From the NCBI GenBank assembly GCA_963845145.1, contig CAWJQU010000005.1:320001-384000 (forward strand): 64,000 nucleotides of DNA. The letters run 5' to 3'. The position numbers and the translations under genes are program-made. A model generated the notes under the pieces. It was given only the letters and a program-made list of their open reading frames with translations. It made no database searches and was not told the origin of the DNA. Numbering within the stretch: position 1 is the first letter of the stretch; each line of letters opens with the position of its first letter. Positions 63,130-64,000 of this stretch are shown here, one piece after another. This DNA comes from an uncultured delta proteobacterium (GTDB lineage Bacteria; Desulfobacterota; Desulfobacteria; Desulfobacterales; QNYZ01).

Positions 63130-63261
63130 AAAAGCCTGACCCAGAGGGCCAGGCTTTTGGCTTGCTACCCCCAGAGAAGGATTAACCGTAAGCAAAGGAA
63201 TTCTACCAATTCGATTTTATGGCAGAGCCTATCGACTCTGACCTGGTCCTGAGGACCAGGT
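63130..63261. mobile_element. Possible non-autonomous IS200/IS605-type element bounded by two related hairpins
   Basis: AAAAGCCTGACCCAGAGGGCCAGGCTTTT and ACCTGGTCCTGAGGACCAGGT about 80 bp apart. Confidence 0.4.
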
Positions 63262-63297
63262 TATCTATGTTTGAATAAATGAATTTTTGTACACCGA

Positions 63298-64000
63298 CTA
63301 ATATTTTTTAAAAATAAGACAGGCGTTTACGTTTCCAAAACCAAAAGAGTTGGACAGAACGGTATCAATCCGTGCTTTACGTGGATGGTTGGGGACATAA
63401 TCCAGATCGCATTCCGGATCGGGATATTCATAATTGATGGTCGGTGGAATAACCTGATTTTCAATCGCCAGGCAAGATACCACGGCCTCGATGGCCCCGG
63501 CAGCCCCAATGCTGTGTCCGATCATGGATTTGGTTGAGGAAACCGGAATCTTTCTCGCACGGCTTTTAAAAACCGCCTTGATCGCTTTGGTCTCGGCAAT
63601 ATCGTTTGATTTCGTGCTAGTGCCGTGGGCATTGATATAGTCGATTCCATCGGGCGTCAGGCTGGCATCATCAAGGGCCAAGCGCATGGTTCGGGCCGCA
63701 TCCTCCCCATCAGGTCTCGGCATGACCATGTGGTAGGCCCCGCTGGATAGACCATACCCAACGATCTCCGCATAAATTTTCGCCTCCCGGTTCCGAGCAT
63801 GTTCCAACTCTTCCAATATCAAAACCGCCGACCCTTCAGCCATCACAAAACCGTCTCGTTGATGATCAAAAGGTCGGCTGATCTGATGGGGCGACCGATC
63901 CGATCTGGATAAAACCCGCAAGGAATAAAAGGCCCCAAAAGCATATGGCGTGAGCGGTGCTTCGGTGCCGCCAGACAAAATAATATCGGCCTTGCCGTCT
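63298..64000 (-). CDS. fabF: Beta-ketoacyl-ACP synthase II-like, 3' part; runs off the right edge
   Basis: SRPFD..RDGFVMAEG, INAHGTST, KSMIGHSIGAAG, SNSFGFG. Confidence 0.9.
   Translation of the reverse strand, partial: DGKADIILSGGTEAPLTPYAFGAFYSLRVLSRSDRSPHQISRPFDHQRDGFVMAEGSAVLILEELEHARNREAKIYAEIVGYGLSSGAYHMVMPRPDGEDAARTMRLALDDASLTPDGIDYINAHGTSTKSNDIAETKAIKAVFKSRARKIPVSSTKSMIGHSIGAAGAIEAVVSCLAIENQVIPPTINYEYPDPECDLDYVPNHPRKARIDTVLSNSFGFGNVNACLIFKKY

Overview
Bacterial chromosomal window, most likely from a sulfate-reducing deltaproteobacterium (Desulfobacterota, Desulfobacterales-like); this is inferred from gene content and order. Many housekeeping genes are broken by single-base indels, which points to long-read assembly error rather than real pseudogenes. 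Left to right: class II ribonucleotide reductase (partial), coaD, rsmD, ntrX/ntrY, DUF4390, polyprenyl synthase and rimO; a plus-strand four-gene putative exopolysaccharide system (Zn-ribbon/degenerate-GGDEF protein, processive GT2, TolC-like, HlyD-like); a long minus-strand hydrogenase region (MFS, MMPL-histidine kinase fusion, receiver protein, cytoplasmic sensory-type NiFe hydrogenase, PAS kinase, PAS-LuxR, Tat-exported NiFe hydrogenase, protease, hypCFDE, apbE); a collapsed acyl-CoA dehydrogenase relic; rubrerythrin, an IYD-like nitroreductase, an SDR and cobO under a cobalamin riboswitch; a tRNA-Val/tRNA-Asp locus with a small GIY-YIG nuclease and four tRNA-derived copies whose anticodon arm is replaced by a 20-nt TCCCG...CGGGA hairpin; tig-clpP-clpX-lon, tRNA-Leu and tRNA-Pro; and a lipid cluster (fabF, ACP, ceramide-synthase-like GNAT, TolC-DevBCCA exporter, extended SDR, two GT4, DUF2334-like) resembling a glycosphingolipid pathway, with two miniature mobile elements inside it. 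Top candidates for novelty: the GIY-YIG/tRNA anticodon-replacement element, the MMPL-kinase fusion, the glycolipid cluster and the EPS module.
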